The notes under the pieces: model-generated | Database searches by the model: none | What the model was told of the DNA's origin: nothing | The model's input: the letters and a program-made list of their open reading frames with translations, nothing else | Source: Nannocystis bainbridge | GTDB lineage: Bacteria > Myxococcota_A > Polyangia > Nannocystales > Nannocystaceae | NCBI RefSeq assembly: GCF_028368995.1 | Contig: NZ_JAQNDL010000003.1 | Location: 1,600,001-1,664,000 of the forward strand | DNA: 64,000 bases | Direction of reading: 5' to 3' | Part shown: positions 29,137-39,684 of the stretch, piece after piece | Numbering within the stretch: position 1 is the stretch's first letter | Layout: each line of letters begins with the position of its first letter | Made by a program: the position numbers and the translations under genes

Positions 29137-29769
29137 GTGGCACAGCTCTTTCGTCCATCCGCGGACCGCCGCATCCGCCTGGTCCTGTGGGGCCTCCCGC
29201 TGGGCCTCGGCCTCGCGGGCGGCCTCGGCTACGCCCTCTCGCGCGCCGGCTGGACCACCGGCGTCGGCCGCTCGCCCGCCCAGCCGGTCCCGTTCAGCCA
29301 TGACCACCACGTCGGCGGCCTCGGCCTCGACTGCCGCTATTGCCACGAGTCCGTCGAGATCGCCGCGTTCGCCGGCCTGCCCGCGACCGAGACCTGCATG
29401 CATTGCCACGCCCACCTGTTCGCCGACGCCCCCCTGCTCGCCGCCGTGCGTGACAGTTGGTCCGGCGAGCGACCGATCCGCTGGCGCCGCGTCCACGACC
29501 TGCCCGACTTCGTCTTCTTCGATCACAGCATTCACCTGCACGCCGGCGTCGGCTGCGAGACCTGCCACGGCCGCGTCGACCGCATGCCGCGGATCCACCC
29601 GGTCGCCGACCTCTCGATGCTGTGGTGCATCGATTGCCACCGAGATCCGGCCCCGCACCTGCGCCCGCCCGCCGACGTGTTCGTCATGGGCTGGCGGCCC
29701 GACCCCGCCGACCCGCCCGCCCCGGGCCACGTCGAGGCCCACGTCAGCTGCTCGGAGTGCCATCGATGA
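29137..29769 (+). CDS. actA: Alternative complex III pentaheme cytochrome c subunit
   Basis: MAQLF start, QPVPFSH.HH, five CxxCH motifs (CRYCH, CMHCH, CETCH, CIDCH, CSECH), LPDFVFFDHS.H. Confidence 0.92.
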   Translation: MAQLFRPSADRRIRLVLWGLPLGLGLAGGLGYALSRAGWTTGVGRSPAQPVPFSHDHHVGGLGLDCRYCHESVEIAAFAGLPATETCMHCHAHLFADAPLLAAVRDSWSGERPIRWRRVHDLPDFVFFDHSIHLHAGVGCETCHGRVDRMPRIHPVADLSMLWCIDCHRDPAPHLRPPADVFVMGWRPDPADPPAPGHVEAHVSCSECHR

Positions 29770-32558
29770 GCGACGAACTCGGCCGCCGCGCCTTCCTCGA
29801 GCGCATGGCCGCCGGCCTCGCCGCCGCCGGCCTCGGCGGTTGCCTGGGCCGCGATCCGCCCGAGCGCATCGTCCCCTACGCGCGCCAGCCCGAGTACGTC
29901 GTGCCCGGCGTCCCGCTGTTCTTCGCCTCGGCCTTCGTGCGCGACGCCTACGCCCACGGCGTGCTCGTCGAGACCCATGAAGGTCGCCCGACCAAGATCG
30001 AGGGCCACCCCGAGCACCGCGCCAGCCTCGGCGCGACCTGTCCTTTCGGCCAGGCCATGGTCCGCGAGCTGTACGACCCGCGGCGCTCGACCGGCGTGCG
30101 CCGCGGGCCCGAGCCGAGCAGCTGGCCCGCGTTCCTGCGCGCCGCCCGACCGCAGCTCGGCCCCGGCCGGCGCCTCGGCGTGCTCACCGGCCCCACCACC
30201 TCGCGCATGCTCGCGGACGGCCTCGCCCGGCTCGCCGCGCGCAGCCCCGGCCTCCGGTGGTTCGCATGGAGCCCGGTCGGCCGCGACAACCTCCACGCCG
30301 GCCTGCAGCGGCTGCTCGGCGCCCCGCTCGCCTGTCACGCCCGCCTCGATCGCGCCCGCGTGGTCCTCAGCCTCGACGACGACTTCCTGTTCCTCGACCC
30401 CGGCCGCCTGCGCCACGCTCGCGCGCTCGCGCAGCGGCGCCGGGCCGAGCTCGCCTCCGCCGAGGCCCTGCGGCTGTACGCGCTCGAGAGCTTCCCCGGC
30501 CTCACCGGCGCCGCCGCCGATCACCGCCGCGCCGCCCGCGTCCACGACGTGCCCGGCCTCGCCCGCGACGTCCTGCGCGGCGTGCTCGGCGATCCCGTCG
30601 ACGACCCGTGGCTCGCCGCTGCGCTCGCCGACCTCAAGATCGCCGGCGAGACCGGCCTCGTGCTCGCCGGCCCGCACCAGCCGCCGCAGGTCCACGCCAT
30701 GGTCCACGCCACCAACCATGTGCTCGGCGCCGCCGGTCGCACGGTCGTCTACGGCCAGCGGCTCGAGCGGCAGCCCTTCGGCCCCGCGCACTCGCTCGCC
30801 GCGCTCGTCACCGCCATCGCCCGGCGCGAGCTCGACGCCCTGCTCATCCTCGACGAAAACCCCGTGTACACCGCCCCGGCCGCGCTCGGGTTCGCCGACG
30901 CTCTCGCCGAGGTCCCCTTCACCGCCCACCTCGGCCTCTACTGCGACGAGACCGGCGAGCGCTGTCACTGGCACCTCCCGCTCGCCCACCCGCTCGAGGC
31001 CTGGGGCGACGCCGCCAGCGACGAGGGCGAGGTCACCCTGTCGCAGCCGACCATCCGCCCGCTCTACGACGGCCTCACCGCGCCCGAGCTGCTGGCCGCG
31101 CTCGCCGACGACCCCGCGCGCGGGCGCGACCTGCTCGAAAGGACCTATCAAGACACCGTCCCGGCCGCCGCCGACCGCGAATCGTGGTGGCGCGCCGCCA
31201 TCCACGACGGCCGCCTGCCCGCGCCCGCAACCCCCGTCACCACCGCGGTCGCAAGCGACGTCCTCACCACATTTCTCTCGGAACATGTCCCATCGGACAT
31301 ATCTTCCCCCGACCTCGTGCTCGCCTTCCGCCCCGACCCTGCCGCCTGGGACGGCCGGTTCTCGCTCGACCCGTGGCTGCAGGAGCTGCCGCGGCCGATC
31401 ACCCGGCTCATGTGGGGCAACGCCGCCTTCGTCGCCCCCGACACCGCCCGCGCCCTCGGACTCGTGCACGACGCCTGCGTGCGCCTGCGCGTCGGCGACC
31501 GCAGCGTCGACGCCCCCGTCCACGTGCTCGCTGGCCACCCGCCCGACCAGCTCACCGTCCACCTCGGCTACGGTCGTCGCGCCCCCGTCGCCGGCGTCGG
31601 CTTCGACGCCCAGCAGCTGCGCGGCAGCGACGACGCCTGGTCCGTCGCCGTGATCGCCGAGCCGCTCGCGCGCCCCGGCGGCCTCGTCGTCGACCGTCAC
31701 CGCGGCGGCGAAGATCAGCCCGGCGACGCTCACGCCCGCTGGCTGCTGCGCGGCGAGCCCCACCCGCGCCTGCCCTCGCCCGCGCTGCGGCCCGAATCGT
31801 TGCACCCGACCCGGCCGTTCGCCGAGCACGCCTGGGCCATGACCATCGACCTCAACGCCTGCATCGGCTGCAACGCCTGCGTCATCGCCTGTCAGGCCGA
31901 GAACAACATCCCCAGCGTCGGCCCCGTCGAGTCCGCGCGCGACCGGGCCCTGCACTGGATCCGCATCGACACCTACGCCGACGACCGCGGCGACGGCCCG
32001 CGCTGGCGGTTCCAGCCGGTGCCCTGCATGCAATGCGAGCACGCCCCGTGCGAGGTCGTGTGCCCCACCGGCGCCACCCAGCACAGCCACGACGGGCTCA
32101 ACGACATGACCTACAACCGCTGCTTCGGCACCCGCTATTGCGCCAACAACTGCCCGTACAAGGTCCGGCGCTTCAATTTCTTCGACTACCCCAAGCGCGA
32201 CGAGGCCACCCTCCCGCTCCAGCGCAACCCCGACGTCACCGTGCGCACCCGCGGGGTCATGGAGAAGTGCACCTATTGCGTGCAGCGGATCCGCGGGGCC
32301 GAGATCGCCGCCCACCGCGAGGGCCGCAGCATGGCCGCCGGCGCCGTCGTCACCGCCTGTCAGGGCGCGTGCCCGGCCCGCGCCATCGAGTTCGGCGACC
32401 TCGCGCGGCCCGACGATCCGGTGCTCGCCCTGCGCCGGGACCCTCGCGCCTACGCCCTCCTGGCCGAGTTCGGCACCCGCCCGCGCACCACGTACCTCGC
32501 GCGCCTGATCGACCCCAACCCGGCCCTGCGCCCCGCGGCGCCGCCCGAGGAGGACTGA
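29766..32558 (+). CDS. actB: Alternative complex III molybdopterin-like/Fe-S subunit
   Basis: Tat motif GRRAFL, EGRPTKIEG.P.H, WLQELP.PITRL.W.N, C-terminal ferredoxin motifs CIGCNAC.IACQAENN, CMQCE.APC..VCP, RC.GTRYC.NNCPY, EKCTYC. Confidence 0.95.
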   Translation: MSDELGRRAFLERMAAGLAAAGLGGCLGRDPPERIVPYARQPEYVVPGVPLFFASAFVRDAYAHGVLVETHEGRPTKIEGHPEHRASLGATCPFGQAMVRELYDPRRSTGVRRGPEPSSWPAFLRAARPQLGPGRRLGVLTGPTTSRMLADGLARLAARSPGLRWFAWSPVGRDNLHAGLQRLLGAPLACHARLDRARVVLSLDDDFLFLDPGRLRHARALAQRRRAELASAEALRLYALESFPGLTGAAADHRRAARVHDVPGLARDVLRGVLGDPVDDPWLAAALADLKIAGETGLVLAGPHQPPQVHAMVHATNHVLGAAGRTVVYGQRLERQPFGPAHSLAALVTAIARRELDALLILDENPVYTAPAALGFADALAEVPFTAHLGLYCDETGERCHWHLPLAHPLEAWGDAASDEGEVTLSQPTIRPLYDGLTAPELLAALADDPARGRDLLERTYQDTVPAAADRESWWRAAIHDGRLPAPATPVTTAVASDVLTTFLSEHVPSDISSPDLVLAFRPDPAAWDGRFSLDPWLQELPRPITRLMWGNAAFVAPDTARALGLVHDACVRLRVGDRSVDAPVHVLAGHPPDQLTVHLGYGRRAPVAGVGFDAQQLRGSDDAWSVAVIAEPLARPGGLVVDRHRGGEDQPGDAHARWLLRGEPHPRLPSPALRPESLHPTRPFAEHAWAMTIDLNACIGCNACVIACQAENNIPSVGPVESARDRALHWIRIDTYADDRGDGPRWRFQPVPCMQCEHAPCEVVCPTGATQHSHDGLNDMTYNRCFGTRYCANNCPYKVRRFNFFDYPKRDEATLPLQRNPDVTVRTRGVMEKCTYCVQRIRGAEIAAHREGRSMAAGAVVTACQGACPARAIEFGDLARPDDPVLALRRDPRAYALLAEFGTRPRTTYLARLIDPNPALRPAAPPEED
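31258..31304. repeat. 14-bp-period palindrome units inside actB
   Basis: TTTCTCTCGGAACA followed by TGTCCCATCGGACA. CAT at 31270, 31284 and 31298. AT-rich patch in an otherwise very GC-rich CDS. Confidence 0.7.
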
Positions 32559-32559
32559 C

Positions 32560-33912
32560 GTGGCGAGCGAGCGCGACGCATCGTGGATCGACGGCGACGC
32601 CGACCTCGCCGCGATCAACGACCTCGTGGTCGCCACCGTGCAGTCGCCGCGGACCCGGCGCAGCTGGCTCCGCGCCCTCGCGCTCACCGGCGGAGGCGTG
32701 CTCGCCTTGCTCGTCGCCGTGTTCGCCGTGTTCTGGTGGTACGTCGGCATCTGGGGCGTCGACACGCCCGTCTACTGGGGCATCGCCATCACCAACTTCG
32801 TCTGGTGGGTCGGCATCGCCCACGCCGGCACCCTCATCAGCGCCATCCTCCTGCTCGCCGGTCAGCCGTGGCGGCGCGCGATCAACCGCTTCGCCGAGGC
32901 GATGACCCTGATCGCCATCGCCTGCGCCGGCATGTACCCGCTGCTGCACCTCGGCCGGCCCGAGTTCTTCTACTGGCTGTTGCCGTACCCCAACACCTAC
33001 GGCTACTGGCCGCAATTCCTCAGCCCGCTGGTGTGGGACTTCTTCGCCGTCGCCACCTACGGCGTCACCTCGCTGATGTTCTGGTACATCGGCCTCGTCC
33101 CCGATCTGGCGACCATGCGCGACCGCTCGACCGGCATGCGCGCCCGGATCTACGGCGTCTTCGCGCTCGGCTGGCGCGGCTCGGCGCGCCACTGGGAGCG
33201 CCACCAGACCGCCTATCTGCTGCTCGCCGGCCTCGCCACCGCCCTGGTCGTCTCGGTCCACACGGTCGTCAGCTTCGACTTTGCGATCGCGCAATTGCCC
33301 GGCTGGCACACCACCGTGTTCCCGCCCTACTTCGTCGCCGGCGCGATCTTCAGCGGCTTCGCCATGGTGCTCACCTTGCTGATCCCCGTGCGCGCCTGGC
33401 TCGGCCTGCGCGCCCTCGTCACCGACCGCCACTTCGACCTGTGCGCCCGGCTCATGCTCACCGCCGGCCTCGTCGTCGCCTACGGCTACGCCGCCGAGCT
33501 GTTCTTCGCCTGGTACAGCGGCGACCCGCACGAGCGCGAGCTGCTCGCCAGCCACCTCCACGGCCGCTCCGCCCCGCTGTTCTGGACCCTCATCAGCCTC
33601 AACGTCGTCCTCCCGCAATCGCTGTGGTGGCCGGCCGCCCGGCGCAGCGTCGGCTGGTTGTTCGTGCTGTCGATCCTCATCAACGTCGGCATGTGGCTCG
33701 AGCGCTACTTCATCGTCATCGGCGCGCTCGAGCACGGCCTGTTGCCGACCACGGGCGGCGCTTACTGGCCGACCTTCTGGGACTGGCTCACGTTCGTCGG
33801 CACGCTCGGCTTCTTCGCCTTCTTCATGCTGCTGTTCCTCCGCTTCGTGCCCGCGCTCGCCATGTCCGAGCTGCGCGAGCTCGTCCCCGATCGCCCGCGG
33901 GGGGCCACGTGA
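32560..33912 (+). CDS. actC: Alternative complex III NrfD-family membrane subunit
   Basis: WG..ITNFVWWVGIAHAGTLISAIL, INRFAEAMT, HLGRP, SPLVWDFFAV.TY, SVHTVVSFDFA, GMWLERY. Confidence 0.96.
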   Translation: MASERDASWIDGDADLAAINDLVVATVQSPRTRRSWLRALALTGGGVLALLVAVFAVFWWYVGIWGVDTPVYWGIAITNFVWWVGIAHAGTLISAILLLAGQPWRRAINRFAEAMTLIAIACAGMYPLLHLGRPEFFYWLLPYPNTYGYWPQFLSPLVWDFFAVATYGVTSLMFWYIGLVPDLATMRDRSTGMRARIYGVFALGWRGSARHWERHQTAYLLLAGLATALVVSVHTVVSFDFAIAQLPGWHTTVFPPYFVAGAIFSGFAMVLTLLIPVRAWLGLRALVTDRHFDLCARLMLTAGLVVAYGYAAELFFAWYSGDPHERELLASHLHGRSAPLFWTLISLNVVLPQSLWWPAARRSVGWLFVLSILINVGMWLERYFIVIGALEHGLLPTTGGAYWPTFWDWLTFVGTLGFFAFFMLLFLRFVPALAMSELRELVPDRPRGAT

Positions 33913-34436
33913 GCCCGCTGCGCGGCCTCCTGGCCGAGTTCTCGTCCGCCGGCGAAGTCCTCGCCGCCGTGCGCGCGGCCCGGCGCGCCGGCTACGTCGC
34001 GCTCGAGGTCTTCAGCCCGTTTCCGATCGAAGGCGTCGCCGCGGCGCTGATGTTTCGCACCCGGCTGTCGCGCCTCACCTTCATCGCCGGCCTGCTCGGC
34101 GGCGCGGCGATCTTCCTGTTCCAGGCGTGGGTGCACGCGATCGACTGGCACCTCGACATCGGCGGTCGGCGGGCCCTCGCCGCCCCTGCCTTCATCGTCC
34201 CGACCTTCGAGGTCACCATCCTCGCCGCCGCGCTCGTCACAGTGTTCGCCATGTTCGTGCGCAACGGCCTGCCGCGCCTGCATCACCCGCTGTTCGCCGT
34301 GCCCGCGTTCGCCCGCGCCAGCCAGGATCGCTTCTTCCTGCTCGTCGGCGCCGAGGACCCACGATTCGACGCCGCCGTGGTGCGCACATTCCTCGCCGGC
34401 CTCGCCCCGCTGGAGGTCCACGATGTCCCGCGCTAG
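33909..34436 (+). CDS. actD: Alternative complex III DUF3341 subunit
   Basis: GTG start overlapping the actC stop; FSPFPIEG, IGGR, PAFIVPTFE.TIL, GLPRLHHP.F, DRFFL. Confidence 0.9.
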   Translation: MSPLRGLLAEFSSAGEVLAAVRAARRAGYVALEVFSPFPIEGVAAALMFRTRLSRLTFIAGLLGGAAIFLFQAWVHAIDWHLDIGGRRALAAPAFIVPTFEVTILAAALVTVFAMFVRNGLPRLHHPLFAVPAFARASQDRFFLLVGAEDPRFDAAVVRTFLAGLAPLEVHDVPR

Positions 34437-34989
34437 CGCTGCCCTCCTGCTGCTCGCCGCGCTCGGCTGCCGCCAGCAGATGCGCGAGCAGGCGCGGCTC
34501 GATCCATACGAAGAGGCCCCGTTCTTCGCCGACGACATGGAGGCCCGCCGCCTGCCCGACGGCGTCGTGCCGCGCGGCCAGGCCCGCCTCGATCGCCACC
34601 TGTGGCAGGGCCGCGCCGCTGACGGTTCGCTCGTCACCGTCTATCCGTTCGCCATCACCCGCGCCGACCTCGTGCGCGGCGAGCAGCGCTACGCCATTCA
34701 TTGCACCCCCTGTCACGGTCGGCTCGGCGAGGGCGACGGCCTCGCCGTCCGGCGCGGCTACCCTGCCCCCATCGCGTTCACCGCCGCCCGCCTGCGCGAC
34801 GCCCCCGTCGGTCACATCTTCGAAGTCATCAGCCAGGGCCGCGCCACCATGCCCGACTACGATCACCTCGAGATCCACGACCGCTGGCGCATCGTCGCCT
34901 GGGTGCAGGTGCTGCAATTGAGCCAGCACGCCCCCGCCGCCGTGCTGGGCGCCGACGACCGCACCCACCTCGTGGAGGCCCTGCCATGA
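34423..34989 (+). CDS. actE: Alternative complex III monoheme cytochrome c lipoprotein
   Basis: Lipobox ALGC, M..Q.R..PY, G.VPRG, CTPCHG..G.GDG, DRW.IV. Confidence 0.9.
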   Translation: MSRASAALLLLAALGCRQQMREQARLDPYEEAPFFADDMEARRLPDGVVPRGQARLDRHLWQGRAADGSLVTVYPFAITRADLVRGEQRYAIHCTPCHGRLGEGDGLAVRRGYPAPIAFTAARLRDAPVGHIFEVISQGRATMPDYDHLEIHDRWRIVAWVQVLQLSQHAPAAVLGADDRTHLVEALP

Positions 34990-36056
34990 CCCTGCTGCTC
35001 GGCGCCACCCTCGTGCTCGCCGCCCTCGCCGCCTTCCTCGGTCGCGCCGCGCCGGTCTTCCTCCACGCCTACCTGCTCGCCTGGCTGCTGTGGCTCGGCG
35101 TCGCGCTCGGCGGCTTCGTCTTCCTCTGCGTGCACCACCTCGTGCGCGGTCGCTGGGGCGACATCGTGCGCCCGCTGCTGTCGGCGATGACGCGCACGAT
35201 CCCGCTGCTGGCGCTCCTCTTCCTCCCGATCGTCCTCGACCTCGCGGTCCTCTATCCGTGGACCGACCTCGCGTGGTTGCACGCCGCCCCGCTGCGCGCC
35301 GCCAAGGCCGCCTACTTCGACGCTGCCTTCTTCCTCGCCCGCGCCGTCGTCATCCTCGTCGCCTGGAGCGCCCTCGCCCTGCGCCTCGCCAGGCCGGGAC
35401 GGCGGCCCGGGCTCGCCGCGTTCGCCCTGGTCGTCTTCTTCGTCACCGTCACCTTCGCCGCCGTCGACTGGGTGCTCTCCCTCGACCCCGACACCAGCAC
35501 CAGCGCCTTCGGCCTCGCCCTCGCCACCGGCCACGCCGTCGCCGGCTGGAGCGTCGTCCTCATCGCCGCCGCCTGCCTCCAAGGCCGCAGCGCCCGAGCC
35601 GCCCACATCGCCCCCGAGCGCGCGCAGGAGCTCGGGACCCTGTTGTTCGCCGCCCTGATGCTGTGGGGCTACATCGCCTTCAGCCAGTACCTGCTGGTGT
35701 GGGGCGCCGACCTCCCGCGCGAGGTCGGGTGGTTCTTGCCGCGGCTGCGCGGCACCTGGGGCCTCGTCGCCTGGTCGCTCGTCGGCCTGCACTTCGCGGT
35801 CCCGTTCGTGCTCCTCTTGCAGCGGCCGATCAAGCGCGCCCCCGGCCGCCTCGCCGCCGTCGCGGCCCTGCTGCTGGCCATGCATTACGTCGAGCTGCTG
35901 TGGCTCGTCGTGCCCTCGCGCGCGCTCGCGTTCGGCTGGCTCGACCTCGCCGTGCCGCTCGGCCTCGGCGCGCTGTGGGCCCTCGCCTGTGTGCGGCTGC
36001 TCGGGCGCAGCGGACCGATCGTGGCGGCGCCCGAGGAGGACACCCTGCATGTCTGA
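34986..36056 (+). CDS. actF: Alternative complex III membrane subunit
   Basis: About 10 TMs; LYPW, DW.LSLDP, LWGYIAFSQYLLVW..DLP.E..W. Confidence 0.9.
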   Translation: MTLLLGATLVLAALAAFLGRAAPVFLHAYLLAWLLWLGVALGGFVFLCVHHLVRGRWGDIVRPLLSAMTRTIPLLALLFLPIVLDLAVLYPWTDLAWLHAAPLRAAKAAYFDAAFFLARAVVILVAWSALALRLARPGRRPGLAAFALVVFFVTVTFAAVDWVLSLDPDTSTSAFGLALATGHAVAGWSVVLIAAACLQGRSARAAHIAPERAQELGTLLFAALMLWGYIAFSQYLLVWGADLPREVGWFLPRLRGTWGLVAWSLVGLHFAVPFVLLLQRPIKRAPGRLAAVAALLLAMHYVELLWLVVPSRALAFGWLDLAVPLGLGALWALACVRLLGRSGPIVAAPEEDTLHV

Positions 36057-36411
36057 AGCTCGCCGCGAATGTGAGGACCTCACCGATCACCGCCGCGGCT
36101 TGCGGAGCGCCGGCGGCATCGTCCTATTGTTGCTCATCGCCGCGTTCATCGTCGCCGGCGCCGCCGCGCGGGTGTTCGGCCCCGCCCCGAGCGAGGGCCG
36201 CGAGGGCGCCCTGCCCATCGACCCGCTGCGTCGACTGCGAGCCGGCGCCGAGGCCGAATGGTCGGCCCGCGCCCATGCCTGGCAATGGCTCGACCCGGGT
36301 CACAAGGTCGCGCAGATCCCCGTCGAGCGGGCCGCCGACCTCATGCTCGAGCGCGGCTTCCCCATCCGGCGCCGACCCGCCGGGCCCGTGACTGCGAGGA
36401 CCTGGCCATGA
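36049..36411 (+). CDS. ActG-like small single-TM subunit
   Basis: One TM, W.WLD....A.IPVERA..L motif, positioned between actF and coxB. Confidence 0.65.
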   Translation: MSEARRECEDLTDHRRGLRSAGGIVLLLLIAAFIVAGAAARVFGPAPSEGREGALPIDPLRRLRAGAEAEWSARAHAWQWLDPGHKVAQIPVERAADLMLERGFPIRRRPAGPVTARTWP

Positions 36412-37373
36412 GCCTCCCGTTCGAACTGATGCCCGCGGCCGCCAGCACCACCAGCGACGCCGTCGACCTCGTCGCCCTCCTGGTCTTCGCGATCATCGGC
36501 CTCGTCAGCCTCGGCGTCATCGTGGCGATGGTGTGGATCGTCGTGCGCGACCGTCGCAGGCCTGGCAACCTCACCGGCCGCGGTCACCACACTGCCACCA
36601 TTTGGCGGACCGAGTTCCTCTTTTGTGGCCTCACCGGCGCCGTGTTCCTCGGCCTCTTCACCCTCGGCGCCGTCGTCTTCGACGGCCTCGCCCGCGTCCC
36701 CGCCGACGCCGACGCGCTCGACGTCAGCGTCACCGCCAAGCGGTGGATGTGGTCCTTTCAGCACCCTGGCGGCCGCCGCGAGCTCTCGCAATTGCACGTC
36801 CCCGCCGGTCGCGCCGTCCGCCTCCACCTCGCCAGCGAGGACGTGATCCACAGCTTCTACGTCCCGGCCTTCCGGCTCAAGCAGGACGTCGTGCCCGGCT
36901 GGCAGCGCACCGCCTGGTTCCGCGCCACCGCCCCCGGCACCTACGCCCTCGCGTGCGCCGAGTACTGCGGCACCGAGCACGCCCTCATGCGCGCCGAGGT
37001 CGTGGTGATGCCGCCGCACGTCTACGATCATTGGCTCGCCCAGGGCGACGACGAGCGCCCGCCGCTGGTCGCCGCCGGTCGGGCGCTGTTCGAGCGCCTC
37101 GACTGCGGCGCCTGTCACGAATCACACCAGCGCCGCCGCGCCCCGCCGCTCGAGGGCCTCTACGGCCGCACCGTGGCCCTGCGCGACGGCGGCAGCGTGC
37201 TCGCCGACGACGATTATATCCGCCGCAGCATCCTCCGCCCCGACGCCGACATCGTCGCCGACTACCAGAGCGGCGTCATGCCGACCTACGCCGGCCTCGT
37301 CGACGACGACGAGCTGTTGCTGCTCGTCGCCTACGTCCGCTCGCTCGCCGCGGCCGAAGGAGTGAGCCCATGA
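36408..37373 (+). CDS. coxB: Cytochrome c oxidase subunit II with fused cytochrome c (caa3 type)
   Basis: [34 protein letters not shown] (CuA), C-terminal CGACH. Confidence 0.95.
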   Translation: MSLPFELMPAAASTTSDAVDLVALLVFAIIGLVSLGVIVAMVWIVVRDRRRPGNLTGRGHHTATIWRTEFLFCGLTGAVFLGLFTLGAVVFDGLARVPADADALDVSVTAKRWMWSFQHPGGRRELSQLHVPAGRAVRLHLASEDVIHSFYVPAFRLKQDVVPGWQRTAWFRATAPGTYALACAEYCGTEHALMRAEVVVMPPHVYDHWLAQGDDERPPLVAAGRALFERLDCGACHESHQRRRAPPLEGLYGRTVALRDGGSVLADDDYIRRSILRPDADIVADYQSGVMPTYAGLVDDDELLLLVAYVRSLAAAEGVSP

Positions 37374-38953
37374 AGTCGTGGCTGACCACCACCGATCACA
37401 AGCGCATCGCCCTGCTCTACCTCGGCACGATGACGCTCTTCTTCACCCTCGGCGGCCTGCTCGCCACCGTCCTGCGCGTCGAGCTCGCCACCCCCGCCTC
37501 CGACCTCGTCGCCGCCGACACCTACAACCGCCTATTCACGCTGCACGGCGTGATCATGGTGTTCTTCTTCCTGATCCCCTCGATCCCGACCTTCCTCGGC
37601 AACTACCTCCTGCCGCTGATGCTCGGCGCGCCCGACCTCGCCTTCCCGCGGCTCAACCTCGCCAGCTGGTACGTGTTCGTCGCCGGCGGCTTGCTCACCT
37701 TGACCGCCATGATCGCCGGCGGCCTCGACACCGGCTGGACCTTCTACACCCCCTATTCGACCGTCTTCAGCGACTCGCACGTCGTGCTCGCCGTGCTCGG
37801 GGTGTTCCTCGCCGGCCTCTCGTCGGTGTTCACCGGCATCAACTTCATCGTCACGATCCACCGCCTGCGCGCCCCCGGCCTGACCTGGCTGCGCCTGCCG
37901 CTGTTCGTCTGGTCGCTCTACGCCACCTCGCTGATCCTCGTGCTGGCGACCCCGGTGCTGGCGATGACCCTGCTGCTGGTGGCGATCGAGCGCGGCCTGC
38001 AGATCGGCATCTTCGACCCCGCGACCGGCGGCAGCCCGCTGCTGTTCCAGCATTTCTTCTGGTTCTACTCGCACCCCGCCGTCTACATCATGATCTTGCC
38101 GGGCATGGGCGTGATCAGCGAGGTCATCCCCTGCTTCTCGCGCAACCGCCCGTTCGGCTACGCCTTCGTGGCCGCCTCGAGCCTGGCGATCGCCGTGTTC
38201 GGCTTCCTCGTGTGGGGCCACCACATGTTCGTCGCCGGCCAGTCGTACTTCGCCAGCGTGGTGTTCTCGTTCCTGTCGTTCGCCGTCGCCGTCCCGAGCG
38301 GCGTCAAGGTGTTCAGCTGGCTCGGCACCATGCACCGCGGCGCGATCTGGCTGACCACGCCGATGATCTACGCGCTCGGCTTCATCGCCCTGTTCACCGT
38401 CGGCGGCGGCACCGGCCTCGCGCTCGCCACCCTCGCTCTCGACGTCCACCTCCACGACACTTACTTCGTCGTCGCTCACTTTCACACGATCATGGTCGGC
38501 GGCATGCTCATGGCTTACCTCGGCGGCCTGCATTTCTGGTGGCCGAAGATCAGCGGCCGCCTCTACTCCGAGCGCTGGGGCCGGATCGCCGCCTACATCC
38601 TGCTCGTCGGCTTCCTGCTGACCTTCTTGCCGCAATTCATCCTCGGCACCCAGGGCCTGCCGCGGCGCACCGCCTCGTATCCGCCCGAGTATCAATTTTT
38701 ACAGGGCCTGTCGTCCGCCGGCGCGACCATCCTCGCCGTCGGCTACGTGCTGCCCGCGATCTACCTGCTCGCGTCCCTGGTCCGCGGAAGGCCCGCCGGC
38801 GACAACCCGTGGGGGGCGACCGGCCTCGAATGGCAGACCACCTCCCCGCCGCCTCCGCACAATTTCCTCGATCAGGGCACCCTCGTCGTCGGCGACCCCT
38901 ACGATTATCCCAACGCCCCGCAACCGACGATCGCCGGAGCCGGCGATGTCTAA
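37370..38953 (+). CDS. coxA: Cytochrome c oxidase subunit I (A2-type YSHP motif)
   Basis: [37 protein letters not shown]. Confidence 0.97.
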   Translation: MKSWLTTTDHKRIALLYLGTMTLFFTLGGLLATVLRVELATPASDLVAADTYNRLFTLHGVIMVFFFLIPSIPTFLGNYLLPLMLGAPDLAFPRLNLASWYVFVAGGLLTLTAMIAGGLDTGWTFYTPYSTVFSDSHVVLAVLGVFLAGLSSVFTGINFIVTIHRLRAPGLTWLRLPLFVWSLYATSLILVLATPVLAMTLLLVAIERGLQIGIFDPATGGSPLLFQHFFWFYSHPAVYIMILPGMGVISEVIPCFSRNRPFGYAFVAASSLAIAVFGFLVWGHHMFVAGQSYFASVVFSFLSFAVAVPSGVKVFSWLGTMHRGAIWLTTPMIYALGFIALFTVGGGTGLALATLALDVHLHDTYFVVAHFHTIMVGGMLMAYLGGLHFWWPKISGRLYSERWGRIAAYILLVGFLLTFLPQFILGTQGLPRRTASYPPEYQFLQGLSSAGATILAVGYVLPAIYLLASLVRGRPAGDNPWGATGLEWQTTSPPPPHNFLDQGTLVVGDPYDYPNAPQPTIAGAGDV

Positions 38954-39053
38954 CTCGCGCGCCCCCTCGGCCCCCGCGAGCGGAGCCGGCGATGTCGAGA
39001 GCTCCCGCGATACCTCGCGGTTGCCCACCGCGAGCGGAGCCGGCCATGCCTGA
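38936..39053 (+). repeat. Triplicated coxA/coxC junction (GGAGCCGGCSATG x3)
   Basis: Copies start at 38936, 38982 and 39036, each a GGAG followed by ATG. Copies 2 and 3 also share the upstream CCGCGAGC. Confidence 0.75.
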
Positions 39054-39684
39054 GGCCGTGCGCGAGCCCTTCACCGACCTCGCCCACCAGCGCGACGCCG
39101 TCGCGCTCGGCATGTGGGCCTTCCTCGGCCAGGAGGTGCTGTTCTTCGGCGTTTTATTCGTGCTCTACACCAGCCTGCGCGTGCGCCACCCCGAGCTGTT
39201 CGCCGCCTTCGGCCCGCTCCTCGACTGGCGCCTGGCCACGGTCATGACCGTCGCGCTGTTGCTCAGCAGCTTCACCATGGCGCTCGCGGTCCGCTTCGCC
39301 TTCACCCGCGTGCGCGGCCGGCTGGTCTTCACATTGCTCGCGACGATGATCCTCGGCGCCGCCTTCCTGACCATGAAGGGCTGGGAATACGCGCACCACC
39401 TCGCCCGCGGCGAGACGCCGATCGTCGACCTCGCTGACACCCTCGCCGCCGGCCCCGGCATGGCGACCTTCTTCGGCCTCTACTTCGTGCTGACCGGCTT
39501 CCACGCCCTGCACGTGCTCGGCGGCCTGGTCGCGCTCGCCTGGCTGACCCTCGCCGCCTGGCGCACGCCCGCGAGCGACCTGCGCGGCTCCCCCGTCATG
39601 GCAGTCGGCCTCTACTGGCACTTCGTCGACATCGTGTGGCTGTTCCTGTTCCCGGCCCTGTACCTGGCGGCGAGGCCGACATGA
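39046..39684 (+). CDS. coxC: Cytochrome c oxidase subunit III
   Basis: GMW.FL..EVLFFG, LL.SSFTMA, YF.LTGFHALHV, GLYWHFVDIVW. Alternative in-frame start at 38992. Confidence 0.93.
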   Translation: MPEAVREPFTDLAHQRDAVALGMWAFLGQEVLFFGVLFVLYTSLRVRHPELFAAFGPLLDWRLATVMTVALLLSSFTMALAVRFAFTRVRGRLVFTLLATMILGAAFLTMKGWEYAHHLARGETPIVDLADTLAAGPGMATFFGLYFVLTGFHALHVLGGLVALAWLTLAAWRTPASDLRGSPVMAVGLYWHFVDIVWLFLFPALYLAARPT

